A DNA stretch of 63,978 nucleotides, counting the filler, from an uncultured bacterium (GTDB lineage: Bacteria > CAYSBA01), in the NCBI GenBank assembly GCA_964429075.1. It is 15 parts of 15 records of this genome, joined end to end, with 100 filler letters (N's around TTAATTAATTAA, not from the genome) between each part and the next. Parts side by side here need not be neighbours in the genome. Positions count along the whole stretch, not along the records: positions 39,390 to 43,573 come from CAYSBA010000162.1; positions 43,674 to 47,848 come from CAYSBA010000163.1; positions 47,949 to 52,122 come from CAYSBA010000164.1; positions 52,223 to 56,377 come from CAYSBA010000166.1; 11 more parts are not named here. One strand, written 5' to 3'. Within the stretch, counting starts at the first letter, position 1. Every line of letters starts with the position of its first letter. Of this stretch, positions 42,522 to 53,934 are shown piece by piece. The notes below the pieces were generated by a model that had not been told where the DNA came from, ran no database searches, and worked only from the letters and a program-made list of their open reading frames with translations. Both the position numbers and the translations under genes were made by a program.

Positions 42522-43573
42522 CTATCCTGCTGCCTTAAACACAAATGGATATTTAACTTCTACAATACCTCCACCCTTTGGAGCAGGGAATTTCCAGGAC
42601 CTTATCCTCATCATAATACAACTTTCTACATTTCGGTTGTGCATTGTAGAGTTTAGTATATTGACAGAAATTACCCTCCCTGTCGAGCCGATGACAAACT
42701 TTGTGGATATTTTTCCATACAGGTTTGGATTTCTATTTAACTCCTTTTCATAACAGTACTGAATCTCGCGCATATGCATCCTTACGATACGTGCGATTAT
42801 TCGTTTGTCAAGACCTCCTTTTATGATTGTCCTCCCGGGGATTACCCTATGAAAACCCTTTCCTCTTCCACCAAGATCTATATTTCCTGCTCCACCTGTA
42901 CCTCTACCACTGCCTGTACCTATTCCACCAATACCAAGGGCATTTCCTCCACCACCCCATCCTGTACCTCGTGTACCAAGCCCTCCTACACCATAGGCAG
43001 TTCCCATCTCTGAGCCAGACAACCCACCAAGTGCGTTATTAATTCCTGTACCAAGACCACCTGGGCCAAAGATATTAGACGCACTGCTACCAAGACCCTT
43101 ATTCATAAGCCCGAGAATACCAGAACTTAAAGCAATTTTCCTATCGCGTTCTCTCTTTTTGGGATCTACCACCTGAGCACCAGGTTTACTCGGAAGAGCC
43201 TTCTTTTTATCACCCTTCTTTTTACCAAATTTTCCCTCTTTTCCTTTATGCTTGCCTCCACCTTTCTTACCAGACAGATCAAACAATTTCTTTTTCTTTT
43301 CCTTTTTCTTTGGCTCAATAATTAGCTTTGCGAACCTGTTAGGATTCTTAAATAGGTCTTCTTCAAGCTGTATACGCTCTTTTGGGGTAAGGACCAGGGC
43401 CAAAATCAAAGCAGCATGTGCAATAAAGGAGATTGAAAGAATCCTTGCAAATTCAAAATCAAAATTTTCCCAGAAGGGGGAGACAAATTTTGTTGGTTTT
43501 TTAATATACCTTATAAAAAATGATACTTGGCCGAGATTTACAATACAACTACTATTTATATCAAGAGTAAAGG
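42522..43573 (-). CDS. gltG: GltG/PglI-like TonB-domain gliding protein, 5' truncated
   Basis: Frame open to contig edge with TM S-x3-H (SFIAH), DLFKNPNRFAKLII, Gly-rich linker, IQYCYEKEL..P.L.GK, C..W.FP.PKGGG.V.V.YPF. Confidence 0.8.
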
Positions 43574-43673
43574 NNNNNNNNNNNNNNNNNNNNNNNNNNN
43601 NNNNNNNNNNNNNNNNNTTAATTAATTAANNNNNNNNNNNNNNNNNNNNNNNNNNNNNNNNNNNNNNNNNNNN

Positions 43674-44443
43674 GAATGATACCTTCTATAGAATCTCAAA
43701 ATCTCATCTACTGCACTTTTTACATCTTCTACACATCTAAACAAAACGAGCTCATCCTCATAGACATAACCCCTTGATACAACAGTATTTTTAAAATAAT
43801 CAAGCCAGCCATGCCAGAAACCTGTACCATCATCAAGAAGAACAACAGGCTTTGGATCGCATTTTCCGGTCTGCAGTAGTGTCAGAACCTCAAAGGTCTC
43901 ATCAAAGGTGCCATAACCACCGGGCAACATACAGAAGGCGTCAGATTCCTTTACAAACATGAGCTTTCGTGTAAAAAAATAGTAAAAGTTAATCAACTTT
44001 TTATCACCATCAATTGTGGAATTGACCCTCTGCAAACCGGGTATCAGGATATTAAGACCAAAGCTATCCTCCCTCCCTGCTCCCTCTTGAGCTCCAGCCA
44101 TGACCCCCTCCCCTGCACCTGTTATGACCATAAAGCCCTCCTGTCTTATCCGCTGTGCAAAATCCTTTGCCAGCCTATATGCCGTGGAATTTTTTTCAGC
44201 CCTTGAAGAGCCAAAGATTGAAACCTTCCTCTTACTACTGTAGGGCTCAAATATCTTAAAACCGTAACGCAGCTCTTTAAGAGCCATATTTAGTATTCTT
44301 AAATCCTTCTCCCTTGTCCCATCCATGATCAATTTGTAGACGGTTACAAGTATTTCAAAGAGATAATCTCTATCCTTTGCACCCAGATCAAGAAGAAACC
44401 TTTTTAGTTTGCGGTCTATTTCACTTTTACCAGTTGTATACAA
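43674..44443 (-). CDS. LOG/TIGR00730 family Rossmann-fold protein (long form), 3' truncated
   Basis: VSIFGSSR, ITGAG.G.M, YFFTRKLMFVKE, PGGYGTFDE. Confidence 0.88.
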
Positions 44444-45022
44444 CTATTTCTCCAGAAGTCTTCTGAGATTTTCTAAAGATCTATCTTCAACCTCTCTATG
44501 CAGACTATTACCATGACTGTCCATTGTCACGATCAACGGAAAGTCTTCAACCCGTATCACCCACATGGCCTCAGGTGGTCCAAACTCATCATATTTAAAA
44601 ACTGTAATAACCTCCTTAACACATGAGGCAAGTACTACAGCTGCACCACCCACAGCATGAAAATATACTGCACCATACTCCTTAAGTGCAGAAGATGTGT
44701 TCTCTCCCATACCACCCTTTCCAATAACGCCTCTCAGACCATAATCCTTTATTATTTTTCCCTGATAAATCTCCTCTCTTATGCTTGTTGTTGGTCCTGC
44801 TGCAACAAACTTCCATCTGTTTTTATCTTTTTTTACAATTGGGCCACAGTGATATATTACACCATCTTTCAGGTATTCCTTTATCTCTTTAAAATCATTA
44901 TTAAACATAAATTTGTGAGCAGCATCACGAGCAGTAACTATTATTCCACTAAGTGCAACCATATCACCAACCTTGAGTTTCCTTATTTGATCCTCCTTTA
45001 TTGGAACTTCTAACCTTATCAT
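44444..45022 (-). CDS. Class I fumarate/tartrate hydratase beta subunit
   Basis: TARDAAH, YHCGP, AGPTTS, IGKGG, VTMDSHGNSLH. Confidence 0.92.
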   Translation of the reverse strand: MIRLEVPIKEDQIRKLKVGDMVALSGIIVTARDAAHKFMFNNDFKEIKEYLKDGVIYHCGPIVKKDKNRWKFVAAGPTTSIREEIYQGKIIKDYGLRGVIGKGGMGENTSSALKEYGAVYFHAVGGAAVVLASCVKEVITVFKYDEFGPPEAMWVIRVEDFPLIVTMDSHGNSLHREVEDRSLENLRRLLEK

Positions 45023-45035
45023 GACAATCTCTCCT

Positions 45036-45911
45036 TTAAATAAATTGGAAACTACCTTCTGGGCTTATGCTCAACGATGCCTTTCTATATGCCCAGCACA
45101 TGTAGCTTACTGTAACAAAGAATGAGGCTGGAACCCTGTTTCTCTTCCCTATCTTTACACCAAGTAGGGTAGTATTCCCACCAAATCCCATTGGGCCAAT
45201 TCCAAGCTCATTGGCCTCTTTCAGTATCCTTGTTTCAAGCTCTGCTAATACAGGATCTGGATTTTTGTCGTCTAATGGTCTTAGCAATTGCAATTTACTC
45301 TCAATATATGAAGTTGCCCTGTCACCACCAATACACACACCTACAACACCAGGAGAACATCCCTTACCCTGGGCTTTAAATATCGCATCTAATATACATC
45401 TTCTTACACCCTCTAAATCCCTGCCTGCATTAAGCCTCTTGTCTGGCAGGCTGTATTGGGTCCCCACATTTTCAGAGCCACCACCCTTTAACATCAGCCT
45501 TATAAACAATCCTGGTTGTTTTTTAGGTTCAAGGTGGATATAGGGAGTACCATTGCCTGTATTGTCTTTCGTGTTCTCTCCTGTTACAGGGTCTACAGAG
45601 TTTGGCCTGAGCAATGCCCTCTGTGTCGCTTCAACAGTTGCCTTTTTTATAGTATCTTCAATGTCCCAGGGATCCTGATCAGGGCCATACTCCACAAAGA
45701 ACAAGAGACTTCCAGTATCCTGACATATTGGCGTTGTGTATTCATAGGCCTTCTGACAGTTCTGCAGAATGATGTCAAGGACAGCCTTTGCACGTTCATT
45801 CTGTTCTCTCTCTTTTGCCTTTATTATTGCCCGTCTGACATCGTCAGGAATCCTTGTGGATGCCCTCTCTATTAGCTCTACAATCTTTTCTTTTAGATTT
45901 TCTTTATCCAT
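45036..45911 (-). CDS. Class I fumarate/tartrate hydratase alpha subunit
   Basis: PICQDTG, KGGGSEN, GCSPG, GIGPMGFGG, CWA.R Fe-S ligand motifs. Confidence 0.92.
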   Translation of the reverse strand: MDKENLKEKIVELIERASTRIPDDVRRAIIKAKEREQNERAKAVLDIILQNCQKAYEYTTPICQDTGSLLFFVEYGPDQDPWDIEDTIKKATVEATQRALLRPNSVDPVTGENTKDNTGNGTPYIHLEPKKQPGLFIRLMLKGGGSENVGTQYSLPDKRLNAGRDLEGVRRCILDAIFKAQGKGCSPGVVGVCIGGDRATSYIESKLQLLRPLDDKNPDPVLAELETRILKEANELGIGPMGFGGNTTLLGVKIGKRNRVPASFFVTVSYMCWAYRKASLSISPEGSFQFI

Positions 45912-45924
45912 AATTACCTCCTTT

Positions 45925-47553
45925 TTACATGGTCGTGGGGGCAGAAATCCCTATCAGATCAAATATGTTACTGAGTACAATCCTTACACACTCAACAAGG
46001 AATAATCGGGCATTTGTCTTTTTTAAATCACTGTCAATCACCCGATCTGTATGTCTGTACTTTGTATAATATGAGTGAAAGGTCTTAATAAGATCAAGAA
46101 GATAGTATACAAGAAGATGTGGTTCATCTGTGGATTGGACCTTGTCAAGTATATCGGGAAATTCGAGCAAAAATTTTGCAAGTGTAAGCTCCTCTGGCAG
46201 TGTAAGTATACTACAAAATTCTTCTGAGAATTCTTCTGGCAGCTCTAAACCCTCCTTTTCTGCCCTTCTCAATATAGAACAGATCCTTGCGTATCCATAC
46301 TGTGCATAATAGACAGGATTATCCATGTTTTTCTGTTTGGCAAGCTCAATATCAAATACAAGGGGGGAGTTGTTTCGTTTTGTCAGGAAAATAAACCTTG
46401 CTGCATCCCTTCCAACCTCCTCGATAAGGTCCCTTAGATATTCATATTTGCCCTCACGTTTTGACATGGTAACAGGTACATTCCCCTTCATTAGCCTAAC
46501 CATCTGGACAGTGATGACCCTTAGTCTATCTCTATCGTAGCCCAATGCTTCTACTACAGCCTTCATACGAGGAATATAACCGTGATGATCTGCACCCCAA
46601 ACATTTATCAGAAGATCAAAACCTCTTTTAAATTTATCAAGGTGATAGGCTGAATCCATTCCGAAATAGGTTGGACTGCCATCAGACCTTACCATCACCC
46701 TGTCTTTGTCATCTCCAAAGAGCCTGCTTTTAAAGATTAGTTTACCATCTTCTTCATAGATGTATCCTCTATCTTTCAGTATCTTCAGGACCTCATCGAG
46801 CCTCCCTGCATCTTTTATTCTGCTTTCGTGTATCCATCTGTCAAAATTTATACCAAACTTGCTGAGATCCTTTTTGATCCATCCCAATATCTCAGATACA
46901 GCAAAAACAGGAAGAGACTCATTACAGTCCTTGTAGAGCCTTGCCAGTTCTTTTATATAGGTACCTTTATATGATTCCTCCAGATGTGGTGCTTCTTTTC
47001 CCTCCATTTCCAAGATAGCATTTTTTATTGAATCTCTTAGGATATCTATCTGATGTCCTGCGTCATTAACATAGTATTCCCTGATTACCCTGTATCCACA
47101 CCATTCATAAACAGCCGCAAGTACATCTCCCACAACAGCACCTCTTCCATGCCCTACATGAAGTGGCCCTGTAGGATTTGCACTGACAAATTCAAACAGG
47201 ACACTCTTTTGACCTACAGACTGGTTTTTACCATACTCCTTCCCTGATTCAAAAATTTCTTTAAGACCCCTTATGACAAAATCTGATCTTATTTTAAGAT
47301 TTATATAACCAGGACCTTCCACCTTCACCCATTCAAAGATATCAAACTCTTTTAGCTTTTCTGAAATCATCTTGGCAATCTCCCCTGGGGAGGATCTTAA
47401 TAGTTTGGCAAGACTCAATGCAACGGGAGTCGCAAAATCGCCAAACTCCTTTTTTGGGGGTCTTTGTACCTGTGGTATAATGCCCCTTTCAAGTGCATTG
47501 GGCAATGCCGCTTCAATACTTTTCTTTATTATTTCAACTACCTTTTTCTTCAA
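45925..47553 (-). CDS. argS: Arginine--tRNA ligase
   Basis: EFVSANPTGPLHVGHGR, WGADHHGY, MSKR.G, NPVYYAQY..ARI, terminal APTTM. Confidence 0.96.
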   Translation of the reverse strand: MKKKVVEIIKKSIEAALPNALERGIIPQVQRPPKKEFGDFATPVALSLAKLLRSSPGEIAKMISEKLKEFDIFEWVKVEGPGYINLKIRSDFVIRGLKEIFESGKEYGKNQSVGQKSVLFEFVSANPTGPLHVGHGRGAVVGDVLAAVYEWCGYRVIREYYVNDAGHQIDILRDSIKNAILEMEGKEAPHLEESYKGTYIKELARLYKDCNESLPVFAVSEILGWIKKDLSKFGINFDRWIHESRIKDAGRLDEVLKILKDRGYIYEEDGKLIFKSRLFGDDKDRVMVRSDGSPTYFGMDSAYHLDKFKRGFDLLINVWGADHHGYIPRMKAVVEALGYDRDRLRVITVQMVRLMKGNVPVTMSKREGKYEYLRDLIEEVGRDAARFIFLTKRNNSPLVFDIELAKQKNMDNPVYYAQYGYARICSILRRAEKEGLELPEEFSEEFCSILTLPEELTLAKFLLEFPDILDKVQSTDEPHLLVYYLLDLIKTFHSYYTKYRHTDRVIDSDLKKTNARLFLVECVRIVLSNIFDLIGISAPTTM

Positions 47554-47807
47554 CGTAGACCCAAAGATCGCATCTTTTCAATTAGATCTGAAACAGAAGG
47601 GCTTTTTTTTACCCTGAAGCCAATCTCAAGACCAGTAAGATCACTGAATTTCAGAAACTCATGAAAATCCTTATCTTCAGAAAGAAATACCACATATTTT
47701 TTTGCACCAAAACTCATCAAACGTTTCATACTTTCTGTCCCTATATCAATGTGCGTACTGTATACATAGATATATTTTAAATTCCTCCTGTGTTGCCCTT
47801 TATACAA
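47550..47807 (-). CDS. Small hypothetical protein (start uncertain, possibly 47729)
   Basis: ORF overlaps the argS start by 4 nt; no motif recognised. Confidence 0.35.
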   Translation of the reverse strand: MYKGQHRRNLKYIYVYSTHIDIGTESMKRLMSFGAKKYVVFLSEDKDFHEFLKFSDLTGLEIGFRVKKSPSVSDLIEKMRSLGLR

Positions 47808-47948
47808 TAGAGGTTCAATGTTATCAAAAAAAATTGCCTCTGCGTTATNNNNNNNNNNNNNNNNNNNNNNNNNNNNNNNNNNNNNNNNNNNNTTAATTAA
47901 TTAANNNNNNNNNNNNNNNNNNNNNNNNNNNNNNNNNNNNNNNNNNNN

Positions 47949-48362
47949 AATAAAGAGGTTAAAACCTCCTCCAGAGGTACACACAAAAAAGTCTCTTTAA
48001 AATCATCAAAAAGACATGCGGCTGTTAAGAAAAAGACACAGCATATAAGACCAAAAAAAGCATCAGTCAAAAAGTCTGTTTCGCATAAAGGGGTCGAATA
48101 CAATCCTGCTAAGGCAAAAAATCTTATACGTGATGGTGATATGGCCTATGCTGCTGGAAACATCTCCCTTGCACTAAAAAAATACAAAAAGGCTTTAGAT
48201 TTTGATCCATCGCGTAGCAGGATATATAAAAAATTAGGCTTTTGTTATATGAAGATGGGTAAAAACTCCCTTGCCAAGGAATCTTTTAAGAAATACCTCA
48301 AACAAAACCCACAGGCAGCAGATGCAATCTATATTCGAAATCTTCTTGATTCGCTAAAATGA
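47949..48362 (+). CDS. C-terminal TPR-repeat protein, 5' truncated
   Basis: Frame open from contig edge; basic linker then A...YKKAL..DP and LG.CY...G...A...F.KYL..P. Confidence 0.7.
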   Translation, partial: NKEVKTSSRGTHKKVSLKSSKRHAAVKKKTQHIRPKKASVKKSVSHKGVEYNPAKAKNLIRDGDMAYAAGNISLALKKYKKALDFDPSRSRIYKKLGFCYMKMGKNSLAKESFKKYLKQNPQAADAIYIRNLLDSLK

Positions 48363-49756
48363 AAAATTATGGCAACAAAATCCTTGTCGTTGATGATGAA
48401 AAGAATGTGCTTCTGGTCCTTGCTGATATGATAAAAAGACTTGGCTATGAAGTTATAACAACTACAAATCCAAAGGAGGCCTTAAAATTAATAAAAAGAG
48501 ACTACTCAATCTTTCTTGTAATCAGCGACATGAGAATGCCAGAGATGGATGGTATAACACTATTAAAGGAATCGCTTCGCGAGAGGCCACAGTTGCCCTT
48601 TGTAGTCATAACTGCATTTGCCACTGTTGAAAATGCGGTAGAATCTATGAAGGCAGGGGCCCTTGATTATATTAAAAAGCCTTTCAACAGTAGTGAAATA
48701 TCAAGAGTTATAAAAAAGGCTTACTCAATATATCATGGTAGTCAACGCAAATTTCAGATCAATCAATCCAATAACAGAGGTGATTCCTTCGTCCTTGTTG
48801 GTAAAAGTTCACATATCAAAGAGATAATCAGCCTGATAGAGAGGATATCTGAGAGTGAGAGCAATGTATTGATAACCGGAGAAAGTGGGACAGGCAAGGA
48901 GCTTGTTGCAAGGCTAATCCATCTAAAATCAAGGAGGTCACAGGGTCCATTTATAAAGATAAATTGTGGGGCAATCCCACAAGACCTTTTAGAAAGTGAA
49001 CTGTTCGGATATGAAAAGGGTGCATTTACTGGCGCAGTCATATCAAAACCCGGTAAGATAGAGCTTGCTACAGGAGGTACCCTTCTTTTAGATGAGATCG
49101 GAGATCTTCCCCTAAATATGCAGGTAAAATTATTAAATTTTCTACAGGATGGGACTATAGAAAGGATAGGGGGTATAGAAACAATTAAGGTAGACACAAG
49201 GGTTATTGCACTGACCAACAAAGATATTGAAAAGATGGTAAAAGATGGCAGTTTTAGAGATGATCTCTATTATCGCCTGCATGTCATCCATATCCACATG
49301 ATTCCACTTCGTGATCGAAAAGAAGATATTCCACCACTATTTGATCACTTTTTAAAGATAATCTGTGAAAAACAGAACAGGCCTGTACCAGAAGTAGAGC
49401 CATCTGTTTATGAGATCTTGAAGGCACACAGCTGGCCGGGAAATGTACGGGAACTTGAAAACTTTACTGAAAGGGTGCTCCTTTTTCTTGATTCAGATGT
49501 GATAACTTCTGACTATATACTTACACTGAAGAATCGAAATATTTCAGATACTGCATCAGTAAAAGAATACCTCTACAAGAAAAGCTCACTTAAGGAGATT
49601 GTCAATAGGGTTACGATGGATATAACCAAAAAGATCATTAAAGAGGCCCTTGAAAGAAATTCATGGAACATAACAAAAACAGCAAAAGAACTCGGAATCA
49701 GTAGAAAGGGACTCCAGCAGAAGATAAAGGCCCTGGATATAAAACGCTCAGTTTAA
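48359..49756 (+). CDS. Sigma54-dependent response regulator (NtrC/AtoC family)
   Basis: Receiver VVDDE/DMRMP, GESGTGKE, ELFGYEKGAFTGA, WPGNVREL, Fis HTH. Confidence 0.95.
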   Translation: MKNYGNKILVVDDEKNVLLVLADMIKRLGYEVITTTNPKEALKLIKRDYSIFLVISDMRMPEMDGITLLKESLRERPQLPFVVITAFATVENAVESMKAGALDYIKKPFNSSEISRVIKKAYSIYHGSQRKFQINQSNNRGDSFVLVGKSSHIKEIISLIERISESESNVLITGESGTGKELVARLIHLKSRRSQGPFIKINCGAIPQDLLESELFGYEKGAFTGAVISKPGKIELATGGTLLLDEIGDLPLNMQVKLLNFLQDGTIERIGGIETIKVDTRVIALTNKDIEKMVKDGSFRDDLYYRLHVIHIHMIPLRDRKEDIPPLFDHFLKIICEKQNRPVPEVEPSVYEILKAHSWPGNVRELENFTERVLLFLDSDVITSDYILTLKNRNISDTASVKEYLYKKSSLKEIVNRVTMDITKKIIKEALERNSWNITKTAKELGISRKGLQQKIKALDIKRSV

Positions 49757-50667
49757 CTGCCAAGGAACCTCTTTAAAAAGGCAGAAGCATAACGTGCCTT
49801 TACTGCATTTTCTATCTCGTCGATATGGCCAAGAGTACTCTTGTATCCTATGTCTGCAAGAACATCCAGTTTATAAAAATCTGCCCAGTTGATATCCCTA
49901 ACAGGTGGTCTCAGTATGGTATCTGCACTTGAAAGCTGCAGCTCTTTTAGATAGTGACGCGTTATAGAATTTGCCCTCTCCATGATATTGAAACCTGTTG
50001 TGAGTTCTTTTGTATTTTCCAGTTCATTTGTGACATCGACTGCAATTACCATATCACTCATGGTATGTACTGGTGCAAAGACCGGTACATTTTCAACCCA
50101 TCCACCATCCACAAATCTCTTTCCATCGAGCTCAACCGGAGGAAACAGGCCCGGTATTGCGCTTGATGCCATTACAGCCTCTCTAAGTGATCCTGTCTCA
50201 AAATAGTATTTTTGCCCTGATAGTATATCCAGTGCAACAGCACAGAAGGGTTTCTGCAATTCTTCTATCTTCAAGTCAGGGATTAAAAAATCAATAAGTT
50301 CTATAAACTCCTGTTCTGAAAAAACAGACTGTCTGGTGAGTGATGCTGTTAATATTACACCCATTCTGACAAATCTTTTAAAACTGAAAGAAATACTCCC
50401 AGAAAGATCATCCCCTTCCATTGCAATAGTATCGATTTTTAGACTCTTAAAGAAATCTGAATCTATCAATTCTTTAAATCTATTATAAATCTTATGTGCC
50501 CTCATCCCGGATGCATAGATAGCACCTATTATTGAACCTATACTTGTACCTGAGATTATATCTGGTGCAAGATCATGCTCTTCAAGTGCCCTCAATACCC
50601 CAATATGGGCAAGTCCTCTTGCACTACCACCACCCAGTGCAATACCCACTTTTACATCCTTTTTCAT
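49753..50667 (-). CDS. Patatin-like phospholipase
   Basis: GGGSARG.AHIG, GTSIG, ASSAIPG.FPP, DGG. Confidence 0.92.
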   Translation of the reverse strand: MKKDVKVGIALGGGSARGLAHIGVLRALEEHDLAPDIISGTSIGSIIGAIYASGMRAHKIYNRFKELIDSDFFKSLKIDTIAMEGDDLSGSISFSFKRFVRMGVILTASLTRQSVFSEQEFIELIDFLIPDLKIEELQKPFCAVALDILSGQKYYFETGSLREAVMASSAIPGLFPPVELDGKRFVDGGWVENVPVFAPVHTMSDMVIAVDVTNELENTKELTTGFNIMERANSITRHYLKELQLSSADTILRPPVRDINWADFYKLDVLADIGYKSTLGHIDEIENAVKARYASAFLKRFLGS

Positions 50668-52122
50668 CCTCTACCTCTCTTCTTATAAATAAATTGTAGC
50701 AGCACGGGAAGTAAGAAAAGATCACCGTAAAGTGCAGTGATTATAGTTATACCACATAAAAGACCAAAATAGATAGTCGGTAAAAAACTCGATGTCACAA
50801 GGATCATAAACCCACAAAAGAGTATAACAGATGTCAATATGATGGCGTGACCTGTTCCTCTCAGAGTATTTTCAATTGCCATATCTAAATTATTAAGCCT
50901 TGCAAATTCATTTTTAAAACGTGTCACAAAGTGGATTGTGTCATCTACTGCAAGTCCGATGGAAACAGAACCAATCATGACTGTAGCAACATTAAGGGTT
51001 ATTCCAAATATACCCATAATGCCAAAGGTGGCAGTAATTGGTAGAAGGTTGGGTATCATGCTGACAAGACCTACCACAACCGAACGTGCCATTAAAATCA
51101 TCATCATCGTAATCAGAAGGACTGCAGTAAAGATACTATTGGCCTGACTATCAAACAGATATTTATCGAGGTTTACAAACATTGGCACTATACCTGTCAG
51201 TTTTGCCTCCATGTCTTCTGGTAATACACTTTTAAGATAGCCATTTAATTTTTTCTGAACCTCAATGGCCTCCTCCACTCCAACAGCCTTTGCCCGACAC
51301 GATATCCTTAGCTTTTTAAAATCGTCGGTAATATAGTAGGATGTATCAAAATCTTCTGACATCTGAAGAGTCAAAAAAAGTTCTGCTATCTCTTTACGTC
51401 TGGAGGGGATAATTCGAGTTCCCTTTTTTCTATTATGTAGCTCGAAGTTCATACTCTTTATAAGATCTGCTACAGAAAAACCGTAGTGTATTTCATTTAT
51501 ATTGTTGACCATAAACCTTTCTATACTATCGACCAGCTTCAGTCTCTGGGGATCTCGAAAATCGCCATCTCCTTTGATCTTAATAAATAGCTCAACGGGT
51601 GTTGCACCGGATAGATGCCTTTCTATGTAATCAAATGCAATACGCAGTGGATGGGAAGATTTGAGAAATTTCAGGTTACTTGATTCCCTTTTCAAAGAGA
51701 CTATCCCGAATGATATGGTTACGAAAACAAGTAATGAAAATACAAATATTGTCTTTTTTTTATTTATAACAAGATATCCAACCATATTTATAAATTTAGC
51801 AATCAAAGATTGCAATCTCCCGGCGGAGATCTCATTAACAGGGGGTCTTTTGATAATGGAAAAAGCCATGGGTAATATAACGAGTATAAGGCCAATGGCA
51901 ACCAAGACACCAATGGCAGAAAACAGGCCGGTATCCCTAACAGGTCCAATCTTACTCGACAGAAAAGAGGCAAAACCTGCAGCAGTTGTAAGACTTGTAT
52001 AGATACATGCCCTTTTTATCTGATCCATAGTTGGACCGATTGCATCTATCGGATCAAGACCATCTGATACAACCTCTCTATAGTGATTAATAATATGTAT
52101 CGTATCACACATTGCTATAACC
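50664..52122 (-). CDS. MMPL/RND-family transporter, 5' truncated
   Basis: TSLTTAAGF, PNLLP, IGLAVDDTIH, multiple TM helices. Confidence 0.9.
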
Positions 52123-52281
52123 NNNNNNNNNNNNNNNNNNNNNNNNNNNNNNNNNNNNNNNNNNNNTTAATTAATTAANNNNNNNNNNNNNNNNNNNNNN
52201 NNNNNNNNNNNNNNNNNNNNNNAATTAATTTATAAATAAGTACTGGATAACTTTTAAAGCCTGTGTTATATTTGAGATGTT

Positions 52282-52623
52282 ATGATTAGGAGGTATTATT
52301 TATTCATCATTTTGGTCATAACAGCCATTCTGGTTACTGGCTGTATTATAAGGGTACCTCAACACTACCACAGAAGAGGTTATTCGAGCGAAGGCCGTTA
52401 CACTGCAAAGGTTGTTGTCATCAACAGGGCAAACTATCCTGTAAAGATCTATGTGGCAAGAGGTTATACTAAGGAGTATCTTGGAATAGTAAAAGCAAGA
52501 TCAAAAAAGATTTTTTTCATACGCCCTGGCAAGATTACACTGTTGGCTTCCGGTCGTGCTCACTTTAAACACAAGGTGTTCCTCCACAGGGGTGATCGCT
52601 ATATCTGGGAGATCAATCCGTAG
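52282..52623 (+). CDS. Small basic lipoprotein
   Basis: Lipobox LVTGC, single beta-sandwich-like domain. Confidence 0.65.
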   Translation: MIRRYYLFIILVITAILVTGCIIRVPQHYHRRGYSSEGRYTAKVVVINRANYPVKIYVARGYTKEYLGIVKARSKKIFFIRPGKITLLASGRAHFKHKVFLHRGDRYIWEINP

Positions 52624-52634
52624 GCTGTTGTTTA

Positions 52635-53279
52635 ATGGATCAGAACGTATTTTTTGAAATACCACAATACCTAATCCCCATGATACTTGCACTAACTGTC
52701 CATGAATATTCTCATGGACTTATGGCATATATCCTTGGAGACGATACAGCCTCTCGAAGCGGTAGATTGACACTGAACCCAATCGCCCATATCGATATGA
52801 TAGGTACAATCCTTATTCCAGTATTTGGTATAATATCGGGATTCCCCTTTATAGGCTGGGCACGTCCTGTACCGATCTCCCCCCTGTTATTTACCAGGAA
52901 GATCTCTATGAAAACAGGTATCTTTCTAACATCCATTGCTGGTCCTCTCTCTAATCTGCTATTTGCTGTTATTATTGTCGCAATCTTTAAGATATTTTCT
53001 CTAATCTTTGGTCAATCAATACTGAATAATCAGGCATTTACAGTGCTCGTTCAGGGGCTTTTACTGATAAATATTGGACTGTTTGTCTTTAATATGCTGC
53101 CGATACCGCCACTCGATGGTAGTAAGGTGTTGCTCGGACTTTTACCTGATAGTTTTGAAAACGTCTACCACTTTCTTGAACGATATTCTTTTATATTTTT
53201 TATTCTGATAATCGCAGGATTTGGGCGTTTTTTGGCATATCCAATATACTGGCTATATATGAAATTGATGTATCTTTGA
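52635..53279 (+). CDS. Site-2 protease (M50)
   Basis: HEYSH, GRLTLNP, AGPLSN, FNMLPIPPLDG. Confidence 0.93.
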   Translation: MDQNVFFEIPQYLIPMILALTVHEYSHGLMAYILGDDTASRSGRLTLNPIAHIDMIGTILIPVFGIISGFPFIGWARPVPISPLLFTRKISMKTGIFLTSIAGPLSNLLFAVIIVAIFKIFSLIFGQSILNNQAFTVLVQGLLLINIGLFVFNMLPIPPLDGSKVLLGLLPDSFENVYHFLERYSFIFFILIIAGFGRFLAYPIYWLYMKLMYL

Positions 53280-53283
53280 TTTG

Positions 53284-53934
53284 TTAGCCAATAATATAAA
53301 ACCCCTCTCTCCTTGAGATTAGTTCCATCTCCTTTGACGGTTTTACAACACAGGGATTGATCACCCAGGTTAAAAGTGGCATATCGTCTGGAGAATCTGA
53401 GTAGAATGTAACTGACCACCTGCTCAGACCGAGCTCTTCAAATAACATAGACACACGATGTAGTTTACCCTCTTTATAACAGAGAGGTCTGTCAATCTTG
53501 TTTGTACAGATTCCCTCATCATTTATGATCGGTCTTGAGGCAAGGATGTAGTCAAACCCAAGTGCCTTGCCAACTGCATCGGCAATAAAGATTGGAGAAC
53601 CAGAGGCAAGGATTGTAATATGACCAAGATTTTGATGTATTTTCAATATCGATTGTATAGCAGGATCTATCTTATTGAGCAGCCTCTGTTCGAAACATAA
53701 TTGTGCCTCCTTCTCAAGCACCTTTTTATGTATCCCTTCAAGGCACTCAGAGCCCAGCTCAACCATCCTGTCCTCACCAATTGCACCGGTAATATATTTG
53801 TATATCTCTATGGGGATTATCTTTCTGTATCTACCCTTTATTATACCTCCAAAATAAAGATGTCTTATAAAGATAACGCCGGCGTTACCATCGATAAGGG
53901 TCTCATCAAGATCAAATATGGCAACAGGTGTCAT
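53284..53934 (-). CDS. HAD-IB family hydrolase
   Basis: FDLDETL, SGS, GK, YSDS..D.PLL. Confidence 0.9.
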   Translation of the reverse strand: MTPVAIFDLDETLIDGNAGVIFIRHLYFGGIIKGRYRKIIPIEIYKYITGAIGEDRMVELGSECLEGIHKKVLEKEAQLCFEQRLLNKIDPAIQSILKIHQNLGHITILASGSPIFIADAVGKALGFDYILASRPIINDEGICTNKIDRPLCYKEGKLHRVSMLFEELGLSRWSVTFYSDSPDDMPLLTWVINPCVVKPSKEMELISRREGFYIIG

